Of a DNA stretch of 56,871 bases, positions 1 through 9,188 are shown piece after piece (the first letter of the stretch is position 1; every line of letters starts with the position of its first letter). Source of the stretch: an uncultured Gammaproteobacteria bacterium (GTDB taxonomy: Bacteria > Patescibacteriota > Patescibacteriia > Magasanikbacterales > UBA922). Both the position numbers and the translations under genes were made by a program. The DNA lies in contig CAYSXR010000005.1 of assembly GCA_964435035.1 (NCBI GenBank), positions 10,564-67,434 on the forward strand, given 5' to 3'. The notes under the pieces are model-generated. The model was not told the DNA's origin and made no database searches. It was given only the letters and a program-made list of their open reading frames with translations.

Positions 1-48
1 GGCTAAAATAAGACAAAATATTGATTTCCTGCTATACTCCATAAATCC

Positions 49-77
49 TTGACAATCTTATTCATTTACGCTACAAT
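49..77 (+). promoter_or_regulatory. sigma70-type promoter upstream of infA
   Basis: TTGACA at 49-54, 17-nt spacer, TACAAT at 72-77. About 115 nt of leader precede the infA ATG. Confidence 0.6.
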
Positions 78-192
78 ACTGGCGATGAATGGCCTGGTAG
101 CAAGCTACGGGGTATCATCAAAGGAAATTCTTTGCAGCAAACTGTAGGGAATCAACCCTTGTCCCGACCTAGTCGGGATTAAACATATTTAC

Positions 193-411
193 ATGGGAAA
201 GCAAAACGATTTTTTGGAAGTCCGAGGTACAGTTGATGAACTGTTGCCCGGTGCTAAATTTCGAGTGATACTTGAAAACGAACACGAAGTAATCGCTCAT
301 CTTTCAGGGAAAATGCGGATGTTCAATATCCGACTCAATGTCGGTGATGAAGTAAAAGTCGAAATGACACCGTACGACCTCTCAAAGGGACGTATTACCT
401 ACCGGTTCTAA
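193..411 (+). CDS. infA: translation initiation factor IF-1
   Basis: 72 aa with an S1-like fold signature (LPGAKFRV...[34 protein letters not shown]). Canonical position ahead of rpmJ-rpsM. Confidence 0.95.
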   Translation: MGKQNDFLEVRGTVDELLPGAKFRVILENEHEVIAHLSGKMRMFNIRLNVGDEVKVEMTPYDLSKGRITYRF

Positions 412-509
412 ATTAATATAGGAAGTCTCAACTAGTGCGGTGTAGTCGGCCACAGGCTGACGTCGATATCGCTTAGTAGTTGATGATTTTTGTTTAAAAA
501 GCACAGAAT

Positions 510-650
510 ATGAAGGTACATCCATCAGTGAAAGTACGCTGCAAAGACTGTAAAATCGTCATTAGACGAGGAGTACGGTTTGTAATCTGCAAAAACCCTC
601 GCCACAAACAACGACAGGGACGAAAGCAGAGAACTAAGGCAGGTAGTTAA
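510..650 (+). CDS. rpmJ: 50S ribosomal protein L36, with a short C-terminal extension
   Basis: Not in the ORF track (under 60 aa). ATG at 510 gives [46 protein letters not shown], stop at 648-650. The CxxC...C...H zinc-ribbon pattern of L36 is present. Confidence 0.9.
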   Translation: MKVHPSVKVRCKDCKIVIRRGVRFVICKNPRHKQRQGRKQRTKAGS

Positions 651-680
651 TTTTTTAGAATAATTTTGAATCATTCAAAT

Positions 681-1067
681 ATGAGAGTATCCGGCGTAAC
701 TATTCCTCGCGAAAAAAGAATCGTAATTGCGCTTACGTATATTTACGGTATTGGAAGTACCAAAGCAAAGAAAATTTTGGCTTCTGCAAAAGTACCTGAG
801 AGCACTCGGGTAAAAGCGTTGACCCAGGAACAAGAAGATGTAATCCGAAATATTATTGAAAAACAAGAAACTACTGAAGGAAACTTGAGACGTGAAATTT
901 CTTCAAATATCAAGCGTTTGAAGGATATCAAGTCCTACCGTGGTACGAGACATACAAAACGATTACCGCTTCGAGGGCAGAGAACGAAAACCAATAGTAG
1001 AACAACCCGAGGCAACAAACGAAACGTTGCTCCAAGTGGTAAAAAACCATCTGCGCAGAAGACCTAA
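681..1067 (+). CDS. rpsM: 30S ribosomal protein S13
   Basis: MRVSGVTIPREKRIVIALTYIYGIGSTKAKKIL is a typical S13 N-terminus. ATG 681 is preferred over the upstream TTG at 666. Confidence 0.93.
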   Translation: MRVSGVTIPREKRIVIALTYIYGIGSTKAKKILASAKVPESTRVKALTQEQEDVIRNIIEKQETTEGNLRREISSNIKRLKDIKSYRGTRHTKRLPLRGQRTKTNSRTTRGNKRNVAPSGKKPSAQKT

Positions 1068-1104
1068 TAGCTAGGGTGTATCCTTTATTTTCCTAAATTA
1101 CCGT

Positions 1105-1503
1105 ATGGCACAAGCAACTACTAAAAAAGTTACTAAAAAGAAGAAAGCGATTCGTTCGGTTTCTCATGGCAGAGCGTATGTTCAGGCTTCTTTTAACAAT
1201 ACCATTGTTACTGTGGCTGACCAGAATGGAGATGTACTCGGCTGGGGATCAGCTGGTGGTGCTGGATTCAAAGGTCCAAAGAAGGCGACTCCTTATGCTG
1301 CAGGTATGGTCGTAAAAAACGTGCTTGAAGCAATCAAGGCGTATGGTGTAAAAGAAGTAACCGTATTTGTAAAAGGTGTGGGAGGTGGACGTGAAGCTGC
1401 AATCCGAGCGTTTAATACCAATGGAGTCAATGTACTTGGAGTAAAAGATATCACTCCTATCGCACATAACGGTTGCCGCCCTCCAAAGCGTCGCCGCGTA
1501 TAA
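1105..1503 (+). CDS. rpsK: 30S ribosomal protein S11
   Basis: GRAYVQASFNNTIVTVADQNGDVLGWGSAG...HNGCRPPKRRRV is the S11 signature. Confidence 0.95.
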   Translation: MAQATTKKVTKKKKAIRSVSHGRAYVQASFNNTIVTVADQNGDVLGWGSAGGAGFKGPKKATPYAAGMVVKNVLEAIKAYGVKEVTVFVKGVGGGREAAIRAFNTNGVNVLGVKDITPIAHNGCRPPKRRRV

Positions 1504-1529
1504 CGTAACTTATTCGAATTTGAAATACT

Positions 1530-2153
1530 ATGGGTAGAAATATTGGACCAAAAAATAAAATAGCTCGCCGATTTCATGTGAATTTGGGATTGAAAACAAA
1601 TGCGACCAAAGTGGCTCGCCGATTGATGCAATCTCCAGGACAGCATGGACCAACCAAACGCAGAAGTAATGCGTCTTCATATGGTCGTCAGCTTGATGAA
1701 AAACAGAAAGCAAAATTTGTATACGGACTTCGTGAACGTCAATTCCGACGCTATGTGGAAGTTGCAAGTGGTATGAAAGGGGATTCGGGAGTGAATCTCA
1801 ACCAGATACTTGAAATGCGTATGGACAATGTGGTCTATCGCCTTGGTTTTGCGATCACTCGTGCACAGGCTCGTCAATTGGTAAGTCACAGTATGTTTAC
1901 CTTGAATGGAAAAAAGATGAATATCCCTTCACATATTGTAAGTGTTGGTGATGTAGTAGCTCTCAAACCAAATAAAGCAAACAAAAAGATTTTTGAAGGA
2001 ATTGACGAAAAATTAAGTAAACACACACTTCCTTCATGGTTGACCGTTGCAACAGCTGCAAAAGGTGGTACCGTGATCGGAAAGCCCGTTGAAACTGATT
2101 TTGAACGTGTATTCGACGTTAAACTTATTGTTGAGTACTACTCAACTCGTTAA
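1530..2153 (+). CDS. rpsD: 30S ribosomal protein S4
   Basis: MGRNIGPKNKIARR..., YGRQLDEKQKAKFVYGLRERQFRRY, and an S4 RNA-binding domain (RMDNVVYRLGFAITRAQARQLVSH). Confidence 0.95.
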   Translation: MGRNIGPKNKIARRFHVNLGLKTNATKVARRLMQSPGQHGPTKRRSNASSYGRQLDEKQKAKFVYGLRERQFRRYVEVASGMKGDSGVNLNQILEMRMDNVVYRLGFAITRAQARQLVSHSMFTLNGKKMNIPSHIVSVGDVVALKPNKANKKIFEGIDEKLSKHTLPSWLTVATAAKGGTVIGKPVETDFERVFDVKLIVEYYSTR

Positions 2154-2200
2154 TCATGAGGGAGTGTGGCTTTAGCCCCACCCTTCAATAATCTAGGTCT

Positions 2201-2926
2201 ATGGATTATATTTTACTACCTTCGACAATCGAATTCCGAGAAACCGGTGATAAAAACATTGGTGAGCTCGTAGTTACTCCTTGTCATCAGGGATATGGTA
2301 CCACTCTTGGTAATTCTTTGAGACGAGTACTCCTTTCTTCAATCGAAGGCTCTGCTGTAGAGGCGGTGAAAATTGATGGAGTTCAACACGAATTTGCTGC
2401 AATCGAAGGAGTGCAGGAAGACGTGATTGAAGTTACCCTCAATTTGAAACAACTTGCAGTAATTTCTCACAGTGATACTCCAGTTGTGTTGACTTTAAAG
2501 AAAAAAGGTGTAGGTGAGGTGACTGCTGCTGATTTTGAAAAAAATGCTGATATTGAAATTGTAAATCCTGAATTAAAAATTGCTACCATTACCTCTGATA
2601 AGAAAGAACTTACTCTTGAAGTGATTATCGGCAAAGGATTGGGATATATTCCAGCTGCAGAAAAAGAGAGTAAGCATCTTGATTTGGGAACGATTGTAAT
2701 GGATTCTTTCTATTCACCAATCAAGGATGTTGGTTATTCAGTTGAAAATACTCGTGTAGGAGATGTAACTGATTACGAAAAGTTGACGATCAGAATTGAA
2801 ACCAATGGAACGATCTCTCCTCGTATTGCAGTAGAACGAGCAACCAAAATTCTTATGGACCACTATAGCCTTGTACTTGATGCGGCCGGTACCGCAGCGG
2901 GCACAGGTTCTGCTGGACAAGAATAA
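2201..2926 (+). CDS. rpoA: DNA-directed RNA polymerase alpha subunit, N-terminal domain only (241 aa)
   Basis: GYGTTLGNSLRRVLLSSIEGSAVEAVKIDGVQHEF is the alpha NTD motif. The protein ends in a Gly/Ala/Thr-rich tail at residue 241, and rplQ starts 20 nt later. Confidence 0.9.
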   Translation: MDYILLPSTIEFRETGDKNIGELVVTPCHQGYGTTLGNSLRRVLLSSIEGSAVEAVKIDGVQHEFAAIEGVQEDVIEVTLNLKQLAVISHSDTPVVLTLKKKGVGEVTAADFEKNADIEIVNPELKIATITSDKKELTLEVIIGKGLGYIPAAEKESKHLDLGTIVMDSFYSPIKDVGYSVENTRVGDVTDYEKLTIRIETNGTISPRIAVERATKILMDHYSLVLDAAGTAAGTGSAGQE

Positions 2927-2946
2927 TATTTGTTATTGATAATTGT

Positions 2947-3297
2947 ATGAGACATAAGAAAAAAGGCGTAAAGCTAGGACGTGAACGAGGACAACGCAAA
3001 GCGCTCTTGCGCAGTTTGGCGGAAAGTTTGGTATTGCATGGCGCAGTTACTACTACTCTTGCAAAAGCAAAAGCTCTTCGAGGTGTAGTAGAGCCATTGA
3101 TTACACGAGCAAAAGGAAGTACACAGCTCGATCGTGATATGGCAATGGGAGTACTCTTCACAGGGAGAGCGGTAAGTAAACTCTTCAAAGACATCGCTCC
3201 ACGATATGCTGAAAGAAAAGGTGGATATACCCGAATTACAAAATTAGGATATCGCGAGAATGATAGCGCGGAAACTGCGAAAATCGAATTTGTATAA
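2947..3297 (+). CDS. rplQ: 50S ribosomal protein L17
   Basis: MRHKKKGVKLGRERGQRKALLRSLAESLVLHG...GGYTRITKLGYRENDSAETAKIEF. Confidence 0.95.
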   Translation: MRHKKKGVKLGRERGQRKALLRSLAESLVLHGAVTTTLAKAKALRGVVEPLITRAKGSTQLDRDMAMGVLFTGRAVSKLFKDIAPRYAERKGGYTRITKLGYRENDSAETAKIEFV

Positions 3298-3298
3298 T

Positions 3299-3661
3299 AT
3301 GACTTCTATGAATAAAAGAAAAACTATTGAAATTGATGCAACCGGTCGAGCAGTCGGACGCGTAGCAACACAAGTGGCAATGGCACTCATGGGAAAAGAT
3401 GAACCCTCGTTTGAACGTCATATTGATGGCGGTGCAACAGTGCTTGTTACCAATGCTTCAAAAGTAAAATTCACAGGTAAGAAATTTGTCCAGAAAGATT
3501 ACAAGAGACATACGATGTACCCAGGTGGTTTGAAAACTGCTTCATTGAAAACAGTGTTTGAAGACGACCCAACTTCAGTTATCAAACGCGCGGTGAATGG
3601 GATGCTTCCAAAAAATAAACATCGAGTTCTGATGATGAAGCGTCTAACTATTAAGGCTTAA
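3299..3661 (+). CDS. rplM: 50S ribosomal protein L13 (short form)
   Basis: IDATGRAVGRVATQVAMALMGKDEP...HTMYPGGLK...AVNGMLPKN. ATG 3299 is chosen because the track start at 3260 overlaps rplQ. Confidence 0.88.
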   Translation: MTSMNKRKTIEIDATGRAVGRVATQVAMALMGKDEPSFERHIDGGATVLVTNASKVKFTGKKFVQKDYKRHTMYPGGLKTASLKTVFEDDPTSVIKRAVNGMLPKNKHRVLMMKRLTIKA

Positions 3662-3672
3662 ATTTAGAATGT

Positions 3673-4089
3673 ATGACAGCAAAAAGAGCTACAAATACGG
3701 ACGATAGCATGACCAAAGCCTTGGGAAGACGCAAGGAAGCTGCTGCGCGCGTACGAATCATGCCAGGAAAAGGTGCTATCACCGTGAATGGTCGTGAATT
3801 TAGAGAATATTTTCCTACCAAAATTCTTCAGCAGGTAGTGATGGCTGCACTTGTTGCAGTTCAGAGAGAAGGAAAACTTGATGTAAGTGTGCGTGTAGTT
3901 GGAGGTGGAGTTACGGGTCAGGCTCATGCAGTACGACACGGTATTGCTCGAGCGCTCATCAAATTGGATCCGCTTCTTCGACCAGTGTTGAAAGCAGAAG
4001 GATACCTCACTCGTGATTCACGATCAAAGGAACGAAAGAAACCGGGTTTGACCAAAGCTCGTCGTGGACATCAGTGGAGAAAACGTTAA
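3673..4089 (+). CDS. rpsI: 30S ribosomal protein S9
   Basis: GRRKEAAARVRIMPGKGAITVNGR...GGGVTGQAHAVRHGIARAL...RDSRSKERKKPGLTKARRGHQWRKR. Confidence 0.95.
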   Translation: MTAKRATNTDDSMTKALGRRKEAAARVRIMPGKGAITVNGREFREYFPTKILQQVVMAALVAVQREGKLDVSVRVVGGGVTGQAHAVRHGIARALIKLDPLLRPVLKAEGYLTRDSRSKERKKPGLTKARRGHQWRKR

Positions 4090-4098
4090 CAGTATGTT

Positions 4099-4133
4099 AC
4101 AAACCCCTTGCTATGGCAGGGGGTTTTTGTTTG
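4099..4133 (+). terminator. intrinsic terminator after rpsI
   Basis: Stem AAACCCCTTGC / GCAGGGGGTTT followed by a T-run. Confidence 0.75.
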
Positions 4134-4137
4134 TTAA

Positions 4138-4250
4138 GTCAAAACGCAAAACTCAAAGGTAAAAACTATAACTCAAATCAAAATGTTACTAAATGAGCAA
4201 GTTAGTTTTGAATTTTTAGTTACAGTTTTGCGTTTTGACATTTGAGTTTT
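4138..4250. repeat. low-complexity imperfect palindrome
   Basis: GTCAAAACGCAAAACT (4138-4153) is the exact reverse complement of AGTTTTGCGTTTTGAC (4224-4239). AAAACTCAAA and TTTGAGTTTT motifs are reiterated in the arms. Confidence 0.7.
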
Positions 4251-4302
4251 AAGTTACAGAAGTAATAGACTTTTCTGCTTGTTTAACGTAAAATATCCCT
4301 AT

Positions 4303-5742
4303 ATGAAGACCATCTCCCTCGGCCAAAGTACACTCTATATGACAGGAGCATCAATTGCACAAAAGCTTATTTCGTTTGTGTATTTTGCAATAATTGCGCG
4401 TATTCTCGAACCAGGAGACACGGGAAAATATTTTTTTGCAATATCCTTTACTACGATTTTTGTTGTTTTTATCGATCTTGGACTGACCAATGTAATGGTT
4501 CGGGAAGGTGCAAAGGCAAAAGAGCGTGTATCTGAATTTTTATCATCAATCATTTTCTTAAAATTGTTTTTAGGATTGGCTACTTATGCGATTATGGTAG
4601 TCGTACTGAAGGCTCTTGGATACCATGTTGATACTCAAATCTTAGTACTCATATCTGGGATTACCATGCTTTCAGACTCACTGCAATTAAGTCTCTATGG
4701 GACACTTCGAGCACTCGGTAATATTAAATATGAGGCATATGGGATTATGGGTAGCCAGTTTTTGACCCTTGTACTCGGTACTCTATTTCTCTATTTCAAA
4801 TTCCCTTTGTATTTCCTCATGATTGCATTTCTTATACCGAGTTTCTTGAATACTTTATATGTATGGCTTGTTGCAGCAGTAAAATATCGGATTAAACTTC
4901 GTCCTCGCTATTCTCGAGAGATCATATTTTATTTACTACCGATCGCTGTACCTTTTGCGCTTGCGACCGTATTTGGACGTGTCTTCGCATATGCTGATTC
5001 AGTCTTACTATCAAAAATGGCAGGGGACGTTGCTGTGGGATGGTACAGTGTGCCATATAAAATTGCGTATGCGTTTCAATTTATCCCATTTGCACTTATT
5101 GCAGGACTCTACCCGCGAATGAGTGAATATTTTGCACATGACGAAAAGCGTCTCGGTGAAGTATTTTCTCAAGGATTGCGATATTTATTGATTGTCTCAA
5201 TCCCTATGTCTGTTGGGATTATTGTGTTAAGCGGAATAATAATTAATACGTTTTTTGGGCCAAAATATGCACCGTCTGTTGTACCACTTCAGATTCTCAT
5301 GGTAGGAGTCGTTGCAGGATTTGTAAATGTACTCTTGGGTGCATTACTTAATGCTACAGGTAAACAAAAAACTCAGACAACCTATGTAGGTATTACTATG
5401 CTCGTAAATATTGTGTTGAATATCATATTGATTCCAAAATTCAATATTCAGGGTGCTGCACTTGCTGCGACCGCAGGCAATATAGTACTTTTTATTATTT
5501 CATGGGTTACGGTATCAAAAAATATAACTATTCCATATGGGGAACTCCGTTCATTACTAGCTAAATTGGTACTAGTGAGTGCTATAATGGGTATGGTCGT
5601 GTGGTATACTTCAGCATATGTACATGTTCTTCTCGCAGCAATAATAGGTGCCCTAGTATTTGGAATACTTTTTATATTCATGAAAGGGGTATCAGCTGAG
5701 GACATTCAATATTTCAAATCAATTCGGTCAAAAACCTCATAA
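4303..5742 (+). CDS. polysaccharide/oligosaccharide flippase (MOP superfamily, Wzx-like)
   Basis: About 480 aa and multi-TM. The N-terminus (GASIAQKLISFVYFAIIARILEPGDTGKYFFAISF) is typical of the PST/Wzx family, and a glycosyltransferase follows. ATG 4303 is preferred over TTG 4279. Confidence 0.8.
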   Translation: MKTISLGQSTLYMTGASIAQKLISFVYFAIIARILEPGDTGKYFFAISFTTIFVVFIDLGLTNVMVREGAKAKERVSEFLSSIIFLKLFLGLATYAIMVVVLKALGYHVDTQILVLISGITMLSDSLQLSLYGTLRALGNIKYEAYGIMGSQFLTLVLGTLFLYFKFPLYFLMIAFLIPSFLNTLYVWLVAAVKYRIKLRPRYSREIIFYLLPIAVPFALATVFGRVFAYADSVLLSKMAGDVAVGWYSVPYKIAYAFQFIPFALIAGLYPRMSEYFAHDEKRLGEVFSQGLRYLLIVSIPMSVGIIVLSGIIINTFFGPKYAPSVVPLQILMVGVVAGFVNVLLGALLNATGKQKTQTTYVGITMLVNIVLNIILIPKFNIQGAALAATAGNIVLFIISWVTVSKNITIPYGELRSLLAKLVLVSAIMGMVVWYTSAYVHVLLAAIIGALVFGILFIFMKGVSAEDIQYFKSIRSKTS

Positions 5743-5745
5743 TGT

Positions 5746-6882
5746 ATGAAAAAAATACTTTTAGCTACCCTTGAATTCCCTCCCACTATTGGAGGTATTG
5801 CGACCTATGTCACACAATTTGCGCGTTCAATTGACCCTGAACATATACGGGTATATGCGCCCAAAATGGCAGGGGACCGTGTATTCGATGAGGGTGAATC
5901 TTATCCAATTTTTAGGAAAAAACAATTACTAACGTTTTTGTGGCCACGTTGGATCCCCACAGTATTCCATTTTTTTTCAATTGCAAAAAAAGAAAAAATA
6001 GAAATGGTTTTGGTAAATCATGTGCTTCCACTCGGATACGCTGCGTTCGTTTTGAAAAAGTTTAAAAAAATTCCGTATATTATTATTTCTCATGGAACGG
6101 ATGTACTCTATGCGACCGCGCATCCATGGAAAAAGAAAATGCTGAAGCGAGTGGTTGAGGGGGCAGAGCAAGTAGTTTTCAATAGCGAGTCAATCAAGCG
6201 AAGATTTTTGGAGCGATTACCTGAATTTGAACACAAGTCACTAGTCGTCTATCCATGTCCGGATAAAGCGTTTTTGGGTGCTGTAGATACTGAAAAAGTG
6301 GAAAAACTTAGGAGATCGCTTGCACTGCAAGGGAAAAAAGTAATTCTTTCGGTATCACGTATGGATATTGGTAAGGGGTTTCAGCACCTCGTACATGCAA
6401 TGCCTGAAATTTTGGCACGAGAACCACATACGGTGTGGATAGTGGTTGGTGATGGACCTAAGCGTGAGGAGATTTTTGAAGCAGTGCAAAAACTATCACT
6501 TCAAAATGTGGTACGTTTTATCGGATCCGTACCACATGAAGAATTGGCTGCATATTATCATCTTGCTGATCTTTTTGTATTATTAACACATACTGCAGGT
6601 GAGCGCGAAGAAGGGCTAGGACTGGTATTCCTCGAAGCTGCGTCTGCGGGGAGAGCAATTGTTGCGGGCAAAAGTGGAGGCGTAGAAGAGGCCGTAATTG
6701 ATGGAGAGACAGGGCGAGTATTCGATGTATATCACGAGGCAGGTAAAGTGGTTGATACTATTTCCGAATTATTGGGAGATAAAGAAAAACGTGACACCTA
6801 TGGATTAGCGGGTAAGCGTCGTATTGAAGGTGTGTTTGATTGGGGTATTCAGCTTGAAAAATTAAAACCTTGGTTAGATTAA
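5746..6882 (+). CDS. glycosyltransferase family 4 (GT-B, Glycos_transf_1)
   Basis: GGIATYV N-terminal motif; C-terminal EGLGLVFLEAASAGRAIVAGKSGGVEEAVIDGETG is the E-x7-E retaining GT4 signature. Confidence 0.88.
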   Translation: MKKILLATLEFPPTIGGIATYVTQFARSIDPEHIRVYAPKMAGDRVFDEGESYPIFRKKQLLTFLWPRWIPTVFHFFSIAKKEKIEMVLVNHVLPLGYAAFVLKKFKKIPYIIISHGTDVLYATAHPWKKKMLKRVVEGAEQVVFNSESIKRRFLERLPEFEHKSLVVYPCPDKAFLGAVDTEKVEKLRRSLALQGKKVILSVSRMDIGKGFQHLVHAMPEILAREPHTVWIVVGDGPKREEIFEAVQKLSLQNVVRFIGSVPHEELAAYYHLADLFVLLTHTAGEREEGLGLVFLEAASAGRAIVAGKSGGVEEAVIDGETGRVFDVYHEAGKVVDTISELLGDKEKRDTYGLAGKRRIEGVFDWGIQLEKLKPWLD

Positions 6883-6889
6883 TTAGTAT

Positions 6890-7501
6890 ATGAAATCTTT
6901 ACCACTCCGGGTTGATGAACAAATTGTTGCAGAAATTAGACGCTTTGGTGTTACTTATTTGTGGCGCTGGATGGGAGCAATTATCCCATTTGTAGTTGCA
7001 GGAGTCTACATGTTTTGGTTGTTTCGTCAAGGCACGATTGGTAGTATTGGTTTTGCTTTGCTTATTAGTATAGGAATTGCCGGATGTATTACAAACTACG
7101 TACGATTTCGAGGTACGGTTTTTATTCTCACTAATTATCGAATTATTGATATTGCAAAAGATGGTATTACTGGTAGGACTATTTCTGAAGCAGAGTTAGG
7201 TGATATTGAAGATGTAGTAGTGAGACAGCGTGGGCTCTGGAGAATGATACTCAATTATGGAACAGTTGAAATCAGAGTGCGTGATTCAAAAATACGGATT
7301 GATGTTGAATATGTGAGACGTCCACAAGGAGTGCAGCGTTTAATTAATGAGTTAAAAAAACAAACTAATGGTATTAGTAGTGGTCTGGGTCCTAGGTTTT
7401 CAGTTGAAGATATGCACAAAGGTATTACCGGACTTGATACAGAAGATCTGATCTATTTACGAAAAATAATTGAAGCTCGACTCAAACAATTGAGAGGATA
7501 A
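6890..7501 (+). CDS. membrane protein with a bacterial PH-like (bPH_2/YdbT-type) domain
   Basis: Two TM helices followed by a beta-rich segment (FILTNYRIIDIAKDG...GTVEIRVRD) resembling bPH_2 proteins. Assigned by eye only. Confidence 0.5.
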   Translation: MKSLPLRVDEQIVAEIRRFGVTYLWRWMGAIIPFVVAGVYMFWLFRQGTIGSIGFALLISIGIAGCITNYVRFRGTVFILTNYRIIDIAKDGITGRTISEAELGDIEDVVVRQRGLWRMILNYGTVEIRVRDSKIRIDVEYVRRPQGVQRLINELKKQTNGISSGLGPRFSVEDMHKGITGLDTEDLIYLRKIIEARLKQLRG

Positions 7502-7529
7502 GTGTAATCGTGCTATACTACGGAGTACT

Positions 7530-7949
7530 ATGAGCCGGGAATCCTCACGCGTGCGTACGTTTTTTGGGTCAAAAATTTTTCTCACTTGTGCGTTATTACT
7601 TACGTTCGCTTTTGCGTTTGGATTTGCGCGTGCATATTTCAAAGATTATGCCTTTCGTGAAGAAGTAAAACGTCTTGAAAGTGAGATTAGTAAACTTGAA
7701 AAGAAAAAACTTGAATCTCTCGAACTTTTGAAATACGTCTCAAGTACCGCATATCTAGAAGATACGGCAAGAGTTGATTTAAATTTGAAAAAACCCGGAG
7801 AGCGTGTATTATTTATAGATCAGGTAGATCCAGAGGGGGGTGTGGCAGGGTCGCGAGAGGCAAAAAAAACACCCGATGGACAAGAGATTTCAAATCCGCT
7901 AAAATGGTGGTATTATTTTATTCATAAGTCACCCAGTTCAGGGGAGTAA
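7530..7949 (+). CDS. septum formation initiator family protein (FtsB/DivIC-like)
   Basis: Single TM, then a coiled coil (EEVKRLESEISKLEKKKLESLELL), then YLEDTARVDLNLKKPGERVLF, as in DivIC/FtsB. Confidence 0.75.
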   Translation: MSRESSRVRTFFGSKIFLTCALLLTFAFAFGFARAYFKDYAFREEVKRLESEISKLEKKKLESLELLKYVSSTAYLEDTARVDLNLKKPGERVLFIDQVDPEGGVAGSREAKKTPDGQEISNPLKWWYYFIHKSPSSGE

Positions 7950-7965
7950 CGTAAATTTAGTATAT

Positions 7966-9042
7966 ATGGAAGAAGATAAAGTAATCGAGACTTCTACACA
8001 AGAACAAACATCGAAGAAATCAGTAAAAGCTGGTCCTTTATTGCTTGCAGGATTAGGTGTGGCTTTAGTTATTGCAGGAGTTATATGGTATGTTGTAGGT
8101 ATTAGAAGTGTCAAAGGACTCTCTGAATCATCATTTGCTCTTACTACTGCAGGCGTCTTTAATATCCCTGTAGCTGAGGTGAATGGTGAAAAAGTCCCAT
8201 ATACCGAATATGTGGATAATCTTCAGGCAATGAAAAAATTCTACGATACAGAAGCTGAAGCAACAACGCGTCCGAGTGAAGCTGAAATGTCTGATTATAT
8301 CTTGAGTCGTTTGTTGGTGAATCAATTGGTGGCACAAGTGGCAGAAGAATTTAATGTATCATTAGAACAGTCAGATATTGATTCGATTATCGAAACAAAA
8401 TTATTAACGAGTTTTGAAAGTAGAGAAAAAGCAGAAGAAGAAATCATAAAACGTTATGGTTGGACATTGGATGAATTTGTACAAAATATTGTAGTACCAA
8501 CTGAACTTGAGCAAAAATTAAGTGTGGCATATCTTGAGTCGGTAAAAGATCCTTCAGAAAAAGAGGCAGTAAAGGCTGCTGCACAGAGTGTGCTTGATCG
8601 AATCAAAGGTGGCGAATCATTTGAAAAACTTGCCAAAGAATTTGGATCAGATAGTAGTGCGGAGTCGGGTGGTGATTTGGGTTGGTTTGGAAAAGGAGTA
8701 ATGGTCCCTGAGTTTGAAACAGCAGTGTTTGGTCTAGAGAAGGGTAAACTTGCAGAGAATCTCGTAGAGACTGAATTTGGATACCATATTATAAGACTCG
8801 ACGATCGACGTATGGTGAAGGATCAAGAAGGGGTTGAAGTGGAAGAAGTAAAAGCACGTCATATCTTGTTTAAAACCGCAGGAGAAGATGCTTCAAAATT
8901 TGGAGTGTATATGAACAATCGTCTACTTTCATCAGAAATCAAAGTATCAAAAGGTCTTCGAAATCCATTTGAAGAATTGGGAAACAATGTACCTGAAGCA
9001 GTGGAAACTGAAGAAGTATCTGCGACAACAACAATGGAATAA
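7966..9042 (+). CDS. membrane-anchored peptidyl-prolyl isomerase (parvulin/PpiC type, PrsA/SurA-like)
   Basis: N-terminal TM anchor; parvulin core SGGDLGWFGKGVMVPEFETAVFGLEKGKL...TEFGYHIIRLDD. Confidence 0.88.
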   Translation: MEEDKVIETSTQEQTSKKSVKAGPLLLAGLGVALVIAGVIWYVVGIRSVKGLSESSFALTTAGVFNIPVAEVNGEKVPYTEYVDNLQAMKKFYDTEAEATTRPSEAEMSDYILSRLLVNQLVAQVAEEFNVSLEQSDIDSIIETKLLTSFESREKAEEEIIKRYGWTLDEFVQNIVVPTELEQKLSVAYLESVKDPSEKEAVKAAAQSVLDRIKGGESFEKLAKEFGSDSSAESGGDLGWFGKGVMVPEFETAVFGLEKGKLAENLVETEFGYHIIRLDDRRMVKDQEGVEVEEVKARHILFKTAGEDASKFGVYMNNRLLSSEIKVSKGLRNPFEELGNNVPEAVETEEVSATTTME

Positions 9043-9061
9043 TCGTAGAAGAGTAATACTA

Positions 9062-9096
9062 AAGTCCCGCCCTTCTCGAAGAGTGGGACTTTTTTA
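9062..9096 (+). terminator. intrinsic terminator after the PPIase gene
   Basis: AGTCCCGCCC...GAGTGGGACT hairpin followed by TTTTT. Confidence 0.7.
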
Positions 9097-9097
9097 C

Positions 9098-9168
9098 GCG
9101 GGATTAGTATAATGGTATTATGCTGGCTTCCCAAGCCAGAGAAGCGAGTCCGATTCTCGTATCCCGCT
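9098..9168 (+). tRNA. tRNA-Gly (anticodon CCC)
   Basis: Acceptor GCGGGAT/ATCCCGC; anticodon stem CTGGC/GCCAG with loop TTCCCAA; T-arm GCGAG-TCCGATT-CTCGT. The D-stem is short and no CCA is encoded. Confidence 0.8.
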
Positions 9169-9188
9169 CAGAATAACCCTCACTTAGT

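Noticed and set aside
411-510. The 98-nt infA-rpmJ spacer with a 7-bp hairpin (GTCGGCC...GGCTGAC) as a regulatory leader.
   Set aside because: It is a single weak stem with no recognisable ribosomal-protein leader motif, so the evidence is insufficient.
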